Origin: Eledone cirrhosa
Taxonomy: Eukaryota
DNA: 64,000 nucleotides
Direction of reading: 5' to 3'
NCBI GenBank assembly: GCA_964016885.1
Contig: OZ024740.1
Coordinates: 108,314,001 to 108,378,000 of the forward strand
The notes beneath the pieces are model-generated. The model worked only from the letters and a program-made list of their open reading frames with translations, was not told where the DNA came from and ran no database searches. Within the stretch, counting starts at the first letter, position 1; each line of letters begins with the position of its first letter. Shown here in pieces: positions 29,025 to 43,255 of the stretch. The position numbers and the translations under genes are program-made.

Positions 29025-29934
29025 AAATCATGTAGACCTGAATCGAGTAGACCAACTATGAATGATCAAAAACATTTATGTTATTAAATCTCACGTATCA
29101 TGAGATATAATTTAGAAAACCAGGAAGTAATTTTAATTTTAAATATTTCTTTTTTTTAATCGACGAAATAATTAAATTTATTGAATAATATAAAATTAAG
29201 ATTAGAAATGATAAATTTGTCGATTGCAACATTTAAAAACATCTGCCTAGCTCTAACGGACAGATTTAATAGAGACGCTGGGATGTATATAACATGTTAT
29301 ATATTAGATCGATATATAAAGGGCTTCTTGTTGGAGAGGGATAAGCTGGAAGCCAGGAGACGAAGATGGGCAGTAATTTTGGCCACCACTGCTGACTCAC
29401 CAGCGAGGTGTTACGGTTGAGTGTCGAAACACCCAATGAGCGTTGGACATCGTCTGATATCAACACCTTCATGCTCAAGGCTATGTTCACCGAAGTGCAT
29501 CGTCTTGAAGATGTAATTATGCCTAGAGATTGAAATATAAAGAGTGATCGGAAATAAAATCATACTTTTGCCTTTGTTTTTTTTCTTCTTTTCTTCATAA
29601 ACACGTGTTTTCGCTGTTTGAAATTCATTACTTTTTTTTATGGTATTTAAATAAAATGGGACTTCTTTTATAACCGTTTTGTAACTTTTTTGCAGGATTC
29701 ATATAAAAAATATAGGTGAAAACGTAAGTGTGAGTGGTGTAAATGTGTGGGGGTGTATTTGTGTATATGTAAAGACATGCCATAACTATAATTCTTTTTG
29801 TAACGTTTTTAACCTAGATTGGTTGGTTTTGAAATCTGAATTGTTTGAGGCTGTCCTTTTGTTATTCAGTAAAGCATTGGGGTCGATTTAATCGACTTTC
29901 CTCTTCCCCCAAATTTGTTGGCCTTGTGCTTTTC

Positions 29935-30119
29935 GGGATAGTATCGCTAGAGTGTTGCAGCATAGAGTTACGGTCTGAGTTTAAATCCCGCCGAGGTTAA
30001 CTTTGCCTTTCATCCTTACGGGGTCGATAAAATAAAGCACCAGTAACGTACGGTGGTCGATTTAATCGACTTTCCCCTCCCCCCAAATTATTGGCCTTGT
30101 GCCTATAGTAGAAATCATT
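29935..30119 (+). mobile_element. SINE copy (long-tail variant)
   Basis: Core GCCTTTCATCCTTACGGGGTCGATAAAAT and tail GGCCTTGTGCCTATAGTAGAAATC. Confidence 0.8.
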
Positions 30120-32049
30120 ATTAATGTTCAATAGCTGAACAGCGTGAATTATCGATAATGCTATATTATCTAAGGTCCTCAATGAATAAATAAATATATC
30201 AATTGTTTTGTTTTTTATAGGGCAACATCGACATCCCTTGCAATTGTGCTATCTTCTTGTTTTCCCCCCTTCTTTCTGACTATTTTTATTTGTTTTATTT
30301 GTAAATCAAAAATTGTTCATGTATATTTATGTACACACACATTTTGAATTACCTATGTTCGCCAAACTCAGCTCTCACAAAATCTTTTATTGGACAAACT
30401 TATTAAACAAATTGGAAATCGTTTAAAAAAAACCCAAACCCCTAATCTTTGTAAAGTTTTGAGGACACTTTGTAGGCAACGAATTGTTAGTCGTTAAAGT
30501 GGAGTAATTGATAAAAAAAGAAAAAGAAATTTGTTATAAATTTCAAACAACTAGATTAGCAGATATACCAGTTCAAGTTCTTTTGAGGCCCCTAACACTT
30601 AGAAGCCTGCAAAATATTTTTTCTTGGGAATAACAAATACATTTAATTTAAATAAAATGGTACCCCTTTCTTTTGATGCCCTTAATGTGTGTTTGTTTTG
30701 GTAAATTGTTAATCCATCCCTAGTGGTGGTGGTGGTGGCAGCGGTGAAATCAGAGTTGCCAGATCCATTTCATAAAAAATATCACAAAATTTCTAGAAAA
30801 TAGCAAATTCTGTTCGAAAATAACCCAAAATGAAAATTTTGTGAATAAATTTCCCAAATATATATAGGTCAGGCTCAAGATAGACTGTAAAGATGAGTTA
30901 ATGATGGAAAATATTTCTGGCAATTGTATGTAAGTAGGCAAAGAAAGACTTGAGATGCTATTGTAGAAGGTACTTGCCCAAAATGCCACACAGTGGAATA
31001 GGATCGAAGAACATCTGGCTATGAAGCAAACTTCCTAACTACACAAATATACTTGCACCTCAAGCTAAAGAATTAACATAAGCAGGTCAGAGATAAATAT
31101 CTTCCTGGGCAGGATGCCAGTCTTTTGTAGGTAACTTTCTACTGAAATACCCTTTCAATACCATATTTTTAATGAAATACACCACCTATGATTTTCAAAT
31201 CATTTTGGAAATAATCAAGTATGTGGATAGATTTAGTAACATAAATTTCTCATTAAGCTGATGTTTGAAACCTAGCAAAGGTTCTTACATAAACCTATGA
31301 TGGAAGGTTTTTTGATAAATATAGACTCTTAAAAATAAGCACAAGCCAGGGTTGTTTTCAGGAGGTTTGATAACAAATCGGCTAACTATACAATTGAATG
31401 TCATGGGAAAGAATTTCAACAAAAGCCTTATGAAATAGTGGTACTCTACTGTAACCATTCTATACAAGAGTTCAGATATAAATTCAACACTTCAACTTGG
31501 CAAGCCTCACATAAAATTCTTCATTAATAAATTGAAATAGAGTGTAAGTTAAGGGACTTACTCCAATTATTATTTCATTAATAAAATAGTAACTTAACAT
31601 ATGGTTCTTATATGAATATGTTGGAAGATTCTAAGTTAAATGAGTGTATTTGTTCTGGATCTTTGCATTCTCAGTTCAAATATTGCTGTGGATCACTTGG
31701 CTGGTAAATTCAATCCATCACCCAGTTTAACACGAATACCTGGCCTGTGGGGGCCTTTAGTGGTGTGCATTCTGTTGCCAGCATTTGAGCCAGGTCTCCA
31801 GTATAAAAATACAGTTCTACTTCTCTCGTTCCCACCAGTCCTAGAGGCTTTGAAAATAGTCTTGGATACAGTAGGGAAAAAAGCTAGTCACAACCTGATT
31901 ATAAACCAGCTGGATGACAGATGACCTGGTACCATTTAAAAACAATAGTTTAGACATTTCAATTATCTCTTATTTCCTCCACCCCTAATAGATAGAGGTG
32001 GTGAAAGCTGACCTCAGAATGCTGAACCTCACCTAAGAGATGAGACAGG

Positions 32050-32297
32050 AAAGAGAAAAGTGGCAGGAAGATGTACTGGAGAGACCTCATCTAAGCCATA
32101 TTATCATGGAAATGGAGATAATGATGTCAGAGCAAATATGGAGGGAAGATATACAGGAGAGAAGTCATCTAAGTCATACAAGCATGGAAAAGGCGATGAG
32201 GATGTTAGAGCAAGTATGTAGGGAAGATATACTGCGGAGAAGTCATCTAAGTCATACAAGCATGGAGAAGGAGACGAAGTCAGAGCAAATATGGAGC
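32050..32297 (+). repeat. ~78-bp tandem repeat resembling iterated RTE 3' ends
   Basis: AGAGCAAATATGGAGGGAAGATATAC..CATCTAAGTCATACAAGCATGGA repeated ~3 times with 75-78 bp period. Confidence 0.7.
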
Positions 32298-34965
32298 TAG
32301 ACTCCTAAACTAGTTTCCAGACAAAGCTTAATAAACTCCAACCTTCATGTGGCTGATATTGATATTTGTTTGTCCAAGTGACTTTAAAAGATTGCATTAA
32401 CAAATACAGACTGCCTTATATATATATATATATAAATATATATACTAACACCTCATTCAATTGGGTGGGTGTGGGTGGGGAATAAGGAAAATTAGGCAAG
32501 CTTTTAATAAATACCTGTCTCCAACCTCCTCTTTTTCACCTTTGATAATTTGATGATCAGAAATAGAATAGTACAGAGATTGAGGTTACATGGAAGAAAT
32601 CGTGATTGATTAAATAATGTTTAAATAGAAAGGAAAAAAAACCCAGAAAAATATACTGTTTGCTTGGCTTGACAAGTGGTAGTGGCTGGTTGGTTGGTTG
32701 GTTACTTTACCTGCTTAAGTTGCTTTGTTTACTGAGAGGGGGTTGGGTACCTGCTTAAGTTTGGTGAGAGGGGTGGTGATAAGCTTGGTTACCTGCTTAA
32801 ATTCTGAAGCTAATTGAGCAGTGTACAAAATCAATAAATATTTTCCATCAGCCAAGTTACTGCAAGATAAAATAGATACACATGCATCAACACTCTTTAC
32901 TGCTATAACCATTGTTGCTAACATCAATATCATGGGTGAATAGTTAAGAAGGTCGTTTTATAAAATCCTGGGTTTGTACCCACTTCCTGACATCTTGGAC
33001 AAGTGTCATTTACCATCATATACTATAGCTTCATCATCTCATCATCATGAATGAAATTGGGTAGATGGAAACTATTTGGATGCCTGTTCAATAGACTGTA
33101 ACTGTGATTCAAAGGACCAGCTTTGTCACACACTGTGTCATGTTGACTCTCCCTGAGAATTACGTTAAAGGTACACATGTCAAGAATGCTCAATTACTTA
33201 CACAAAATAGAAGGTTGACTATATCTGTAATTCAAAGATTTATCTTTGTCACACACAGTGGAATTCTAAGACACTTACATGTTAATTTCATGAACAGACT
33301 TTTCTGTTGATCAAATAACTGGAACACCACTCAATATTGAAACTGATGGTGGTCTATTCCTAACAGCAACTACCACCACCACCACCACCAGCATCCAAAA
33401 CCAATGAAAGAGTATCTTTGTGGTCACTAAGCCTTAGAGAAATAGCAGCTAAATCCCCCTCCCCAAATCACACCTTAACCTGTTCAATGAGAAAATGATA
33501 CATGAGATAATGTAGTCCTAAGTGTACTCCTAAAAAATACAGAATGGTCATGGCTGGAATTCCTTTGATCCTAATTATGCTAGATCAAAGTTGATCTGTG
33601 TTTAAACAAAACCAACATTGCCACAGAACAGAATAAAAGGGCTAGAACCTTCAAAATCCCATGTCAATTGACCCATTTTTCCCCATGTCAATTGACCCAG
33701 TTGTCCTCATGTCAATTGACCCAGTTGTCCCTCTTCTAGTCTGACCCTAGTTCATAAGTGTGCTTGATCTTCATTCAAACACTTTCAAACTACTTCACAG
33801 TTGCCCCACAAACAAGATGTTATTTTACTGCTAAACAATAGCAGCAGTAGTAGTAATAGTAGTGACGGTGCTGGGGAATAAGCCATTCACATTTTTAGAC
33901 TAACACACCACCACCAACATTAATCTTTCTCTTCATAATAGTTAATATATTTGAGTAACTATTTCTGGAATATCTGGGAGAATGGGAAGGGGGATTAGTG
34001 AAGAAGAATTCAGTAGGGAGTTGGGGAGGGCTTAATGTAAAGTTAAGTATTTGCTAAGGTATTGTAATAATATGGCTTCATTCTCCCCTATAGTATCTAA
34101 TTATAACGGTTTCTAATATAGGTCAGAGGTCAGACATTTTGGGGTTGGCAATAATGATGGATCCTCCGTCAGTTTCAACAATAAGCATTCACTGGTTCAA
34201 TCAACTGAATATTCAGCTTATAAATCAACAAGTATGTGGTTGAGTATTCCACAGATACAATGTAAATGTACCCTTAATGTACCTGTAATTCCTAAGCCAA
34301 AATCAGTATAACACATTATTTAACAAAGTTGGAACTTTGAATTACAGATACAATCCATTTAATGGGCTTTTGCACATTTTCTGTCTGCCACATTTCACTC
34401 AAAAGGTTTGGACGAAGTCAAGGGTCTGGTAAATATACTTGTCTAAGATTCCAAGATGCCATGCAATGGGACCAAGTCCAGGACTTCAAGATTGCATAGC
34501 AATCTTCTTACCCGCTCCGCCATGGCCTGTTTCTATGGAGGTGACATTACAGTCTGATTAAATCCACTCCACTATTTGACTGCTGCTTGTTTGTAGTTGT
34601 TGTTGTTGTTTAGTATCAGGTAAGCCCTGTTTCAGCAGACTTATGATCATAGGTATTCCAGCCAGGACCATCCTATCTTTTTGGGGATAGCTAGGACTAC
34701 AACATCATCCTATGTATCCTTTCTCAAGATAATAATTTGAGAGAGATTTAGCTACAATTTCTATCAGGTCTAAATATCATGTAGAAATAGTATTCCTTTG
34801 CTCAAACATATGTAGGAAATGATTTGAGAAAGATATGTCTACTATTTCTATCTGGTCTAGCTTATCATATAGAAGTTTCACTCATTGTCTCGTACTTAAA
34901 AGACTAGTAGGTTGTGATTTAAGGGAGATTTAGCTTCTATTTCTATCAGGTCTATCTACCATAAA

Positions 34966-35041
34966 CAGAGTGGCCCAAAAGTCACTAGACTATTTTATAT
35001 TATAATTTGAAATTATCTAGTGACTGTTGGGCCACCCTATA
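34966..35041. mobile_element. Tiny (~75 bp) Tc1/mariner-type MITE
   Basis: TIRs CAGAGTGGCCCAAAAGTCACTAGA / TCTAGTGACTGTTGGGCCACCCTATA. Confidence 0.7.
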
Positions 35042-36168
35042 CTTACACAAAGACAGCGAATTGGCAGAATCATTAGAACGTCAGATAGAATGCTTTGCAG
35101 TATTCATTCCAATTCTGCTCTTTGAGTTCAAATCCTGCTGAGGTCAACTTTGCCTTTCATCTATATAAAGTTGATAAAAAAAGTACCAGTCTACTAGGGT
35201 CAATTCTTCCACTATATCTTTTTCTCACTCTCTATCCTTCTCTGGAAGAAATCTGCTGTATTCAAACATGAAGAGGTGGGCTCTGCTAGGTTTAAAAATG
35301 CCCTAGAATTGCCATATATCAATATGGCACCCCTGTGACTCTCTCAGAAGTTACAGAACCATTCATACTTACATAAAAAAGAAAGATATGATTTGAAAGA
35401 TATTTACTTGCTACCTTTATTAGGTCCAGCTACCATATTGTGGTCCCTCTCATTAAATACCATCCACTACATGTAATATACAATACCACCATATATGGGC
35501 ATCCTATAAAAAAGTATCTGGAATGAAAATGCAACCATCAAGAGCACTCATCATCATCATCATTATGATTTTTATGTCTAATTTTCCATGCTGGCTTAGG
35601 CTGGATGGAATGTTTTGAGGCTGTTTCACAGCTGGATTCCCCCTCCCCCCTCCATGTCAACCCTTTTAACTCCTGTTTATCACCTATTCTAAAACACAAG
35701 ATACATATGGTTATTAAAAACCAGGTTACATCATCATCCTCATCATTTCAAGTTTCCTCAAACAGAGATATGATGAGGATACATACAAGTACTAAAAAAA
35801 CAACATACACACAGGTACTAATGACTCTGCCAATCCATTGCCCTACTACTACTACCACTACCACCACCACCTTGTATTCTTTCTTTATCTCTCCTTTTCC
35901 TATGTTTAGATCCTACTGAAGATCCTTATCCTTTCTCTTTCTCCCTACTCCTGCTCTCACTCTACTAAGCTTGTATGATAAATTTGGGCTGACAGATTCA
36001 GCCATACAAGTTTGGAGAGAGAAATGGATATTAATTATATTGCTGTTGACAATGATGATGATGGCACTGACACTGATGATGGTGGTGGTGGTTTGGCAAT
36101 GTTGATGATGGTGATGATGACAGCAGTGGTGGTGGTGTTGATGATAATGGTAGTAGTAGTGGTAGTAA

Positions 36169-36355
36169 TAATTGTTTCTACTTTTGGCACAAGGCCAGCA
36201 ATTACCCAGTACATTACTGGTACTTTATTTTATCGACCCCATAAGGATGAAAGGCAAAGTTAACCTCGGCGGGATTTGAACTCAGAGTGTAAAGGGACGT
36301 AACTGCTAGAAAGCATGGCGTCCGACCCTCTACCGATACTGCCAATTCACCGCCC
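36169..36355 (-). mobile_element. Full-length young SINE with ~17-bp TSD
   Basis: Complete from GGGCGGTGAATTGGCAGTATCGG to GTAGAAACAATTA; TAGTAGTGGTAGTAATA on both flanks. Confidence 0.92.
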
Positions 36356-36826
36356 TTAGTAGTGGTAGTAATAATGATTGTGCTAGGGGTAGTGTAGTGA
36401 TGGTGGGGAGGGCACAGCTTCCTCAAGTCATGGTAGCCTGGCTCCTATGGCTTTTTCTTTCCAGTTGCACTGATCTGCTTTTATTTACCCCCCCCCCCCC
36501 CACACACACACACAGTCTCTCTCTCCCCTCCCCCCCTCTCTAATTAATCCATGCAACTGTTGACATGTTTATCCAGTACTAGAGTTCTGTGATTACTAAT
36601 CACATAAAGATCAAATCAATAATAGAAATATGCAGGAAATCACAAGTAAGTCTACAGAGAATCCAGTCTATCATTGTTATCGTCGTTGCTGTCATTATCG
36701 TCATTATCATTATTATTTAAGGCTGTGTATCTAGTCTAGAATAAGTACACTGTGACCATGTGTGTTGTATAAAGTTGGTGCTAGGAAAGGCATATGTCTT
36801 TAAAATACTTGTGTGTTGTATGTTAT

Positions 36827-37126
36827 TTAACCCATTAGCATTTAAACCAACCGTATCCAGCCAGAATTCTCTCACCTCTTTCTGTTCAAACCGGCTGTAA
36901 CTGGCTGCTCATCCTGATGTTAAGGTATTATTCTCAAAATAAATAATATCAAAATTTCATAGATTCAATATCATGGTAGATAATTATGTCAAGTAAAGCC
37001 TTTACTACAAAAATATAATTGTTTCTACTTTTGGCACAAGGCCAGCAATTACCCAGTGTATTACTGGTACTTTATTTTATCGACCCCAATAGGATATATA
37101 GAGTAATGTAGATGCTAAGGGGTTAA
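36827..37126. mobile_element. TTAA-flanked piggyBac-like MITE with nested SINE fragment (37017-37093)
   Basis: TTAA-CCCATTAGCATTTA ... TAGATGCTAAGGGG-TTAA; related copies at 40126-40315 and 45307-45521. Confidence 0.75.
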
Positions 37127-38849
37127 GGTATTGCATTGAATATTAGACATGGTAGAGTTTCAGATAAACTGATGTAGGGCATTTAGTCAGGCCATTTTTT
37201 TTAGATTCTAAGTTCAGATCCCACCAGGGTTGACTTTGCTTTTCATCCTTCCTGTGTTCGATGAAATAAAGTACCAGTGAAGTAATGGGGATTAATTTCA
37301 TTTACTGTACCGCCACTTCATCCAAAGTGACTGGCCATGTATCCAAATAAGATATTATGTGGCTAATTAAATGACAAAAAAGGTAAAGACTGAAGATGAG
37401 GGGGGGGGGGGGGGGGGGGGGGCAGGAACAGCAGCACACATCTGTGGCACATAAGGCATACTAAAGCCTGTTTATATTCTGAGTTCAAATCCTGCTGAGG
37501 GTAGCTTTGCCTGCTTACATGTTAATTCATGAGTTAGACACTCGGTTGAGTGAACAACTAAATATTCACCATGGAAACTATACGGCCTTTTACATTTTGA
37601 TCAAATCCTGCCGAAGTTAGCTTTGCCTTTCATCCTTACAGGGGTTGATAAAAAAAAGTACCAGTAACACACTGGGGTCTATTTAATCAATTTTTTTTCT
37701 TTCCCTTCAAATTGCAGGCCTTGTGCCTAAATCAGAAGCCATTTTTAATTTCTGTTATCAGAGTGCATCAGTCCTAGAGGCAATATGTCAGCTATTCCGT
37801 TAATCTAAGCTGCTGCTTAATTAAAGGTGAACATTCTTCATCCAGATGATTTTTGTTATTTCATCATGCATTGATCAATTAACTTGTGACCTGGCCACGT
37901 CTACTGCTGCTGATGATGATGATCGGGATAGTGATGGTGGTAACAATGATGTTGATGGTAATGATGAAGATGGTGATGATTACCATCAGGACAGTACAAA
38001 TCACAAAGTTATCTCTAATTATAATCTGTGACATTAATTTCCCTTACAGACATCAGATTAATATTAACCTCACAGCAGCAGGATTATTCACTAAACCTCT
38101 CTCCCCTCCCCCATCACTTGTTCTTAATCTGTGTTTCTTGCTGGTTTTATTTTGTTTTTGTTTTTTAATGAAAAAACCCTGATTAAGTTACTTTGTACAT
38201 CCTGATATAATTGTGGTTTGTTCTTCATGAAAAACCGTGTCAAAGAATGGGTTGAGAAGACTTTTCTGTCTCATCAAGGACATGAGTCTCTCTCTAGTGT
38301 TGGTTCCATTATAAAATGCTCTCAGCACACTCTGTAAAGTGGTTGACATTAGGAAGAGTATCCAGTCATAGAAACTATACTAAACAAAGGGTTGAGATGA
38401 TTCTTCAGTTGCAACAATGACATGACAACCTCTCTAGTGCTGGTGTTACAATAAAATGCATCAAATACACTCTGTAAAGTGGTTGGCATTAAGAAAGGCA
38501 TTCAACTATAGAAATGCTCCCAACATGGGAGGTTTGGAAGTGAAACATAGTCCTCAGATGTGTCTAGGAAGCAATAGCTCTGATTAATTACTGATTTGGT
38601 CTGTAGGGACCCATCCAACCCATACCAGAATGGAAAAGAGGACCTGAAATGATGATGAGGATGATTATGATGATGAAAATTCCTGATTAGATTACTTTGT
38701 ACATCATGGCTTAATTGTAGTCTGTTCTTTATTCTTATTATATATTCTCCCACCCTGGGTCTAATGACGGATAAGTAAATCTGAAAAAGCCTTGAGAGAA
38801 ACATCTTTGGTCTGCTGCATGAAGGCTGATCTCATCATCTGTAGCAACC

Positions 38850-39310
38850 ACCTGGAACACTACTACTGCCATCACCACCACTATCATCACCATCATCAGC
38901 ATCAGCATTGTCATCACCATCATTGTCACCACCACCATCATCATTATCACTGTCATCAGCACCAGCACTGTTACCACCACTGCCACTACCATAATCATCA
39001 TCAGTAGCAGCAGTATCCGCATTGCCACCACTACCATCATCATCAGCCATTACCATCGTCATCATCATTATCACTGTCATCAGCACCAGCACTGTCACTA
39101 CCACTGCCACTACCCCATCAGTAACAGCAATATCCCCACCACCACCACCACCACCACCACTGTCATCATCATCATCATCATCATCGTCACCACTACCACC
39201 ACCATCATCATTGCTGTCATCAGCATCAGCATCACCATCATCATTATCCCTGTCATCAGAATCAGCACCATCACCACCATCAACATCATTAGCAGCAGCA
39301 GTGCCAACAG
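38850..39310. repeat. Degenerate (CAT/CAC/CAG)n trinucleotide low-complexity tract
   Basis: Seen directly; it produces spurious poly-H/S/D/V ORFs. Confidence 0.9.
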
Positions 39311-42048
39311 CATTGTAGGTCCACTTTCCATGCTGTGATGGGTTGACTGGGTTACACTCCATGTCAATTCTTTATTCGGAGTTACTGCTCTCCTAGATGG
39401 GTCAGGGAGGATCATATCTCACACATATATTCCAAGTACAATATTAGAGTGTCGGATTAACGATAATGATTAATCAGTTTTTTAGCTTAAAAGACAATTA
39501 AGGTTAATATAGGATATTAATCATGTTGTGAGGTTTTAAAGTCTTTATTTTTTTTGGTTTGCTATATCTGTAATCTCATGCTAAGTTGTTTCCTTCTATA
39601 CAGATCTCTCTAAATTTATATATTTTTCCTACAAATAGTTTTATTATTATATTCTCTAGAAATTGGTGAAGGAGTTCCACGTGGTTTGGGGTTCAGTCTC
39701 TCTCTGTTGCATCTTGAGTTGGTGTCTTCTACTATAGCCTCAAGTTTGTGAGTAAAATTTGGTAGATGGAAACTGTGGTAGTGGTGGTGGTAGTAGAAGT
39801 AGTAGATGTATTTCATTGTTATTGACTAATTACCAGGAAAGGAGCACACTGGGAAACAAGGATGGAATTGGGTAAAAATGTATGTCGTAAATGAGGTTTT
39901 CATGAAAGTAGAGAAAAATAAAAAAAAATAAAAATTGGGTGATCAAAAGTTATCCAGATCTTCATTCTAAGAAAATACAAAGGGTAGAAAATTTGAGCGA
40001 TTATGCAATATCAATACAATGAATCTTAATTCTTCCATAAAATTCACAATAATGTCAGTTTTCTTTTCAATTCAAGAGTAAAAAAAAAACTATTGTTAGG
40101 AAACTATAATAGATATATGAAGGGTTTTAGCATTTAAACCGACCATATCCAGCTTTCTATTCAAACCGGCCAATCTTACTGATGTGATGATATTGTTTTC
40201 AAAATAAATAATATCAAAATCTCAGATTCGATATATGAGATGATTATGTGAAGTAAAGCCTTTACTCTGAAAATATAATAGTAAATATAGAGTAATGTAA
40301 ATGCTAAAGGGTTAATTTATGATTATTTCTCAGAAACATCAAGCATTGTTTTTTTTAAAATGTCATGTTTACTACCAAAAATTATCCCTTTTTTTCTAGA
40401 AATGACTTTACATTTTGGCACCACATTGCAGGATTTTGCTCAGATTTTGGGGTAATTTGGGTATCTAGGTGTATGCATAGACTTCAATAAGGCCCTTCTT
40501 CTCAAATGAAAAGAAATGCAAAGTATCAGAAGCATCACCACTGTAGCTGAAAAAGAATGGTCTGGACTTGGAGGAGCTGATTACATTTTATGTGAATCAC
40601 AGGTAGCTGACGGAGAATATTAAGAAAATAAATGAAGATTTTCCAATAACTAGGTGACAAAAAAGGATAAGAATCTGTTGCAGGAATTAGCAGAAAGTGG
40701 AGAAATAATTCATGCATCAGGCGGCATGTTTGAGACCTCTGGTAAAGTTATGTTTAATCCAGGAGTGAGAATTTACTTCATTGTTATATATCAATTATAA
40801 TCTAGTTTTATCACATGCTGTAAATTGAAGTGTATAATTCGACCTGGCATACAAGTTGATTTTAAGATTCTTAGCTCAAAATTATGTTACGTTGACCCCC
40901 ACCCCCCAAAAAAACCTTTGGTTCTGTTCAGGTTGTTTTATTGGTGACAGTCCTATGGATGTTCTGGCAGCTATAACATGCATACTGTATATTACATAGT
41001 AAAACATGGTTGTACACCTATAAAATACCTATGTAAGCAAATGATTTTCATAACAATGTTCTAGCTAATGACTATAGTATGTATTCTTCTTGAGTCATCC
41101 TTCTTTTCATAGGTGAAGCATTCATTTTGCTTTTCTAATGACTAGAATAAAATGTGGCTCACTACACCTGCACATTCATAGATTTCTCTGCTAACTGGAG
41201 CAGTTGTGCTAACCCATTGTTGAAGTTGCAAGGGGGTGTAGTTGGGACCTAAGCTGAAACCATGTGGAACTTCATAACCTCCCAACTATGCCTGTACTGT
41301 ACCTATATTTGATATATAAATTTCTTTAATTCAATGTCACCTTCAAATACTAGAAGGTTCTTTACTCCAGGTTTTAGGCCATCTTCACCTGAACACCACA
41401 AGCTAAGTGAATTGGTGGTGGCGGTGGCAGTGTAGTGTTTGTGATGGTAGTGGTGGTGGTGCTGGTGGTAGCAGCAGTGGTGGGAGTGGCTGTGACTGTG
41501 GTAGTATCAGTGGTGGCAGTCGTGGTAAGCTGAATAGTTTCTGTGACATTTTAAATTGTGTTTGTGTGTGTAGGGCTTTTTTTTTTTTCTGTTTGAATCT
41601 GAGACTGTTTAATCGAAGTCATTACATAGATTATATAGAAAAGTGATAATGTATAAAGGGTTTTTTTTTTTTGAGGTTTTTGGAGTAGGGCTCAGAAATA
41701 TAAAGTAGTTAGATAAAATCCGGCAATGAAGAAGGGATTAAATACAAAAATTTATAGGGGAATGTTAATGCTTTGTTATGCTGAATAGAAAAAAAAATCC
41801 TTCCATTACTGTGTCTTTATATAATATTGTTATTAACATTTATTATTATTATTATCATTGTTGTTGTTACAATAACAAATCCTACACTGTATATGTAAAG
41901 TAAACAGCAGATGTTTTCATAGCTGGAGAACCAGCTGCTGCTCTTTCCAACTATGTATATGTCTGTTGTTGTTTGGTTGGCTGGTTTGTAACCACCTGAT
42001 TATAAAGAATTATGTATATGTATATATGTATGTATATATGTATTTTTG

Positions 42049-42093
<45 letters not shown>

Positions 42094-42222
42094 TATTTAT
42101 ATTTATATATATTTTATTTATATTTTTATATTTACACACACTAGGCTGCTGAGCTGGTAGTCACCTAACCTTCAAAACTGAAGAACCAGCTGCCTTCCTC
42201 TTTATGTGTGTGATTGTGTGAT

Positions 42223-42257
<35 letters not shown>

Positions 42258-43094
42258 CTTTTATATCTTCCTGTTTAAGAGTGTAATTGTAAATGTTTGA
42301 TTTCCTTTTTTTAAATTAGAAATTAACTTAATCAATGGTTTGCTAATATTTTAAATATATTAACCCATTTGATACCAAACCACATGAAATCGTTTGTTTT
42401 AAAGTTTTTATATTTATCTATGTTATTAAGCTGGTGTTTGGAACATAAAGAGTTCTTACATAAGATTTTGATGGAAAGTTTTTAAAATAAATATAAACAT
42501 TTTAAAATAAAAAGCTTAGAACCAGTGGCAGTTTCAGGCAGTTTGGTATCAGAAAGTCAGTCTCTTTGATAGAGCTTGTTAGCAAAACAGTTTTAGATAC
42601 AAACATATTAAATGCTATCCTTTTCATTACAGTATAATTTTCATCTTGAAATATTATGGTTTCTTTCCATTTACAAAATATAAGAAATGGGGTGTGGTGG
42701 GGAGGGGGGAGGGTGTTTAAACTATCTTAGCTATTTTAGGAAACGATGAAATTGGAGATATGTACATGTTTATAGTTTCAAAAATGTTTTGGGAAAATGT
42801 AAAGTAAATGTGACAAATAGGAAGATACTAAAATGTATCATAGTTGAGATTTGTTACCATAGAGGCACAGGCATGGTTTTGTAATTAAGAAATTTGCTTC
42901 ACAATTACAGGGTTCAGCCCTACTGTGTGCTACCTTGGGACAAGTGTCTGCTAGTATAGCCTTAGGTTGACCAATATCTTGTGAGTGAAATTTTGTTGAA
43001 GGAAACTGAACTTACCATCCCAGTTCCTTTAACAATCCTGATACTCACTTGCACATGCTATATATATTTGTTTGCTATGTGTGTTTGTAACTAC

Positions 43095-43255
43095 AAGTTC
43101 ACACTGTACGTTCACCCTGTATGTTCACACTGTATGTTACCCCATATGTTCACCCCGTATGTTCACCCCGATGTTCACTCAGTATGTTCACTCTGTATGT
43201 TCACATTGTATGTTCACCCTATATGTTCACCCTATATGTTCACACTGTATGTATA
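43095..43255. repeat. ~13-bp tandem repeat (TATGTTCACCCTG-like)
   Basis: About 12 degenerate copies. Confidence 0.85.

Noticed and set aside
29366-29533. Possible selenoprotein frame MGSNFGHHC-TGA-LTSEVLRL...
   Set aside because: There is an in-frame TGA after Cys, but no SECIS element or homologue could be recognised; too speculative.
38738-39415. His/Asp/Ser/Val-rich ORFs
   Set aside because: Products of trinucleotide low-complexity sequence in several frames.
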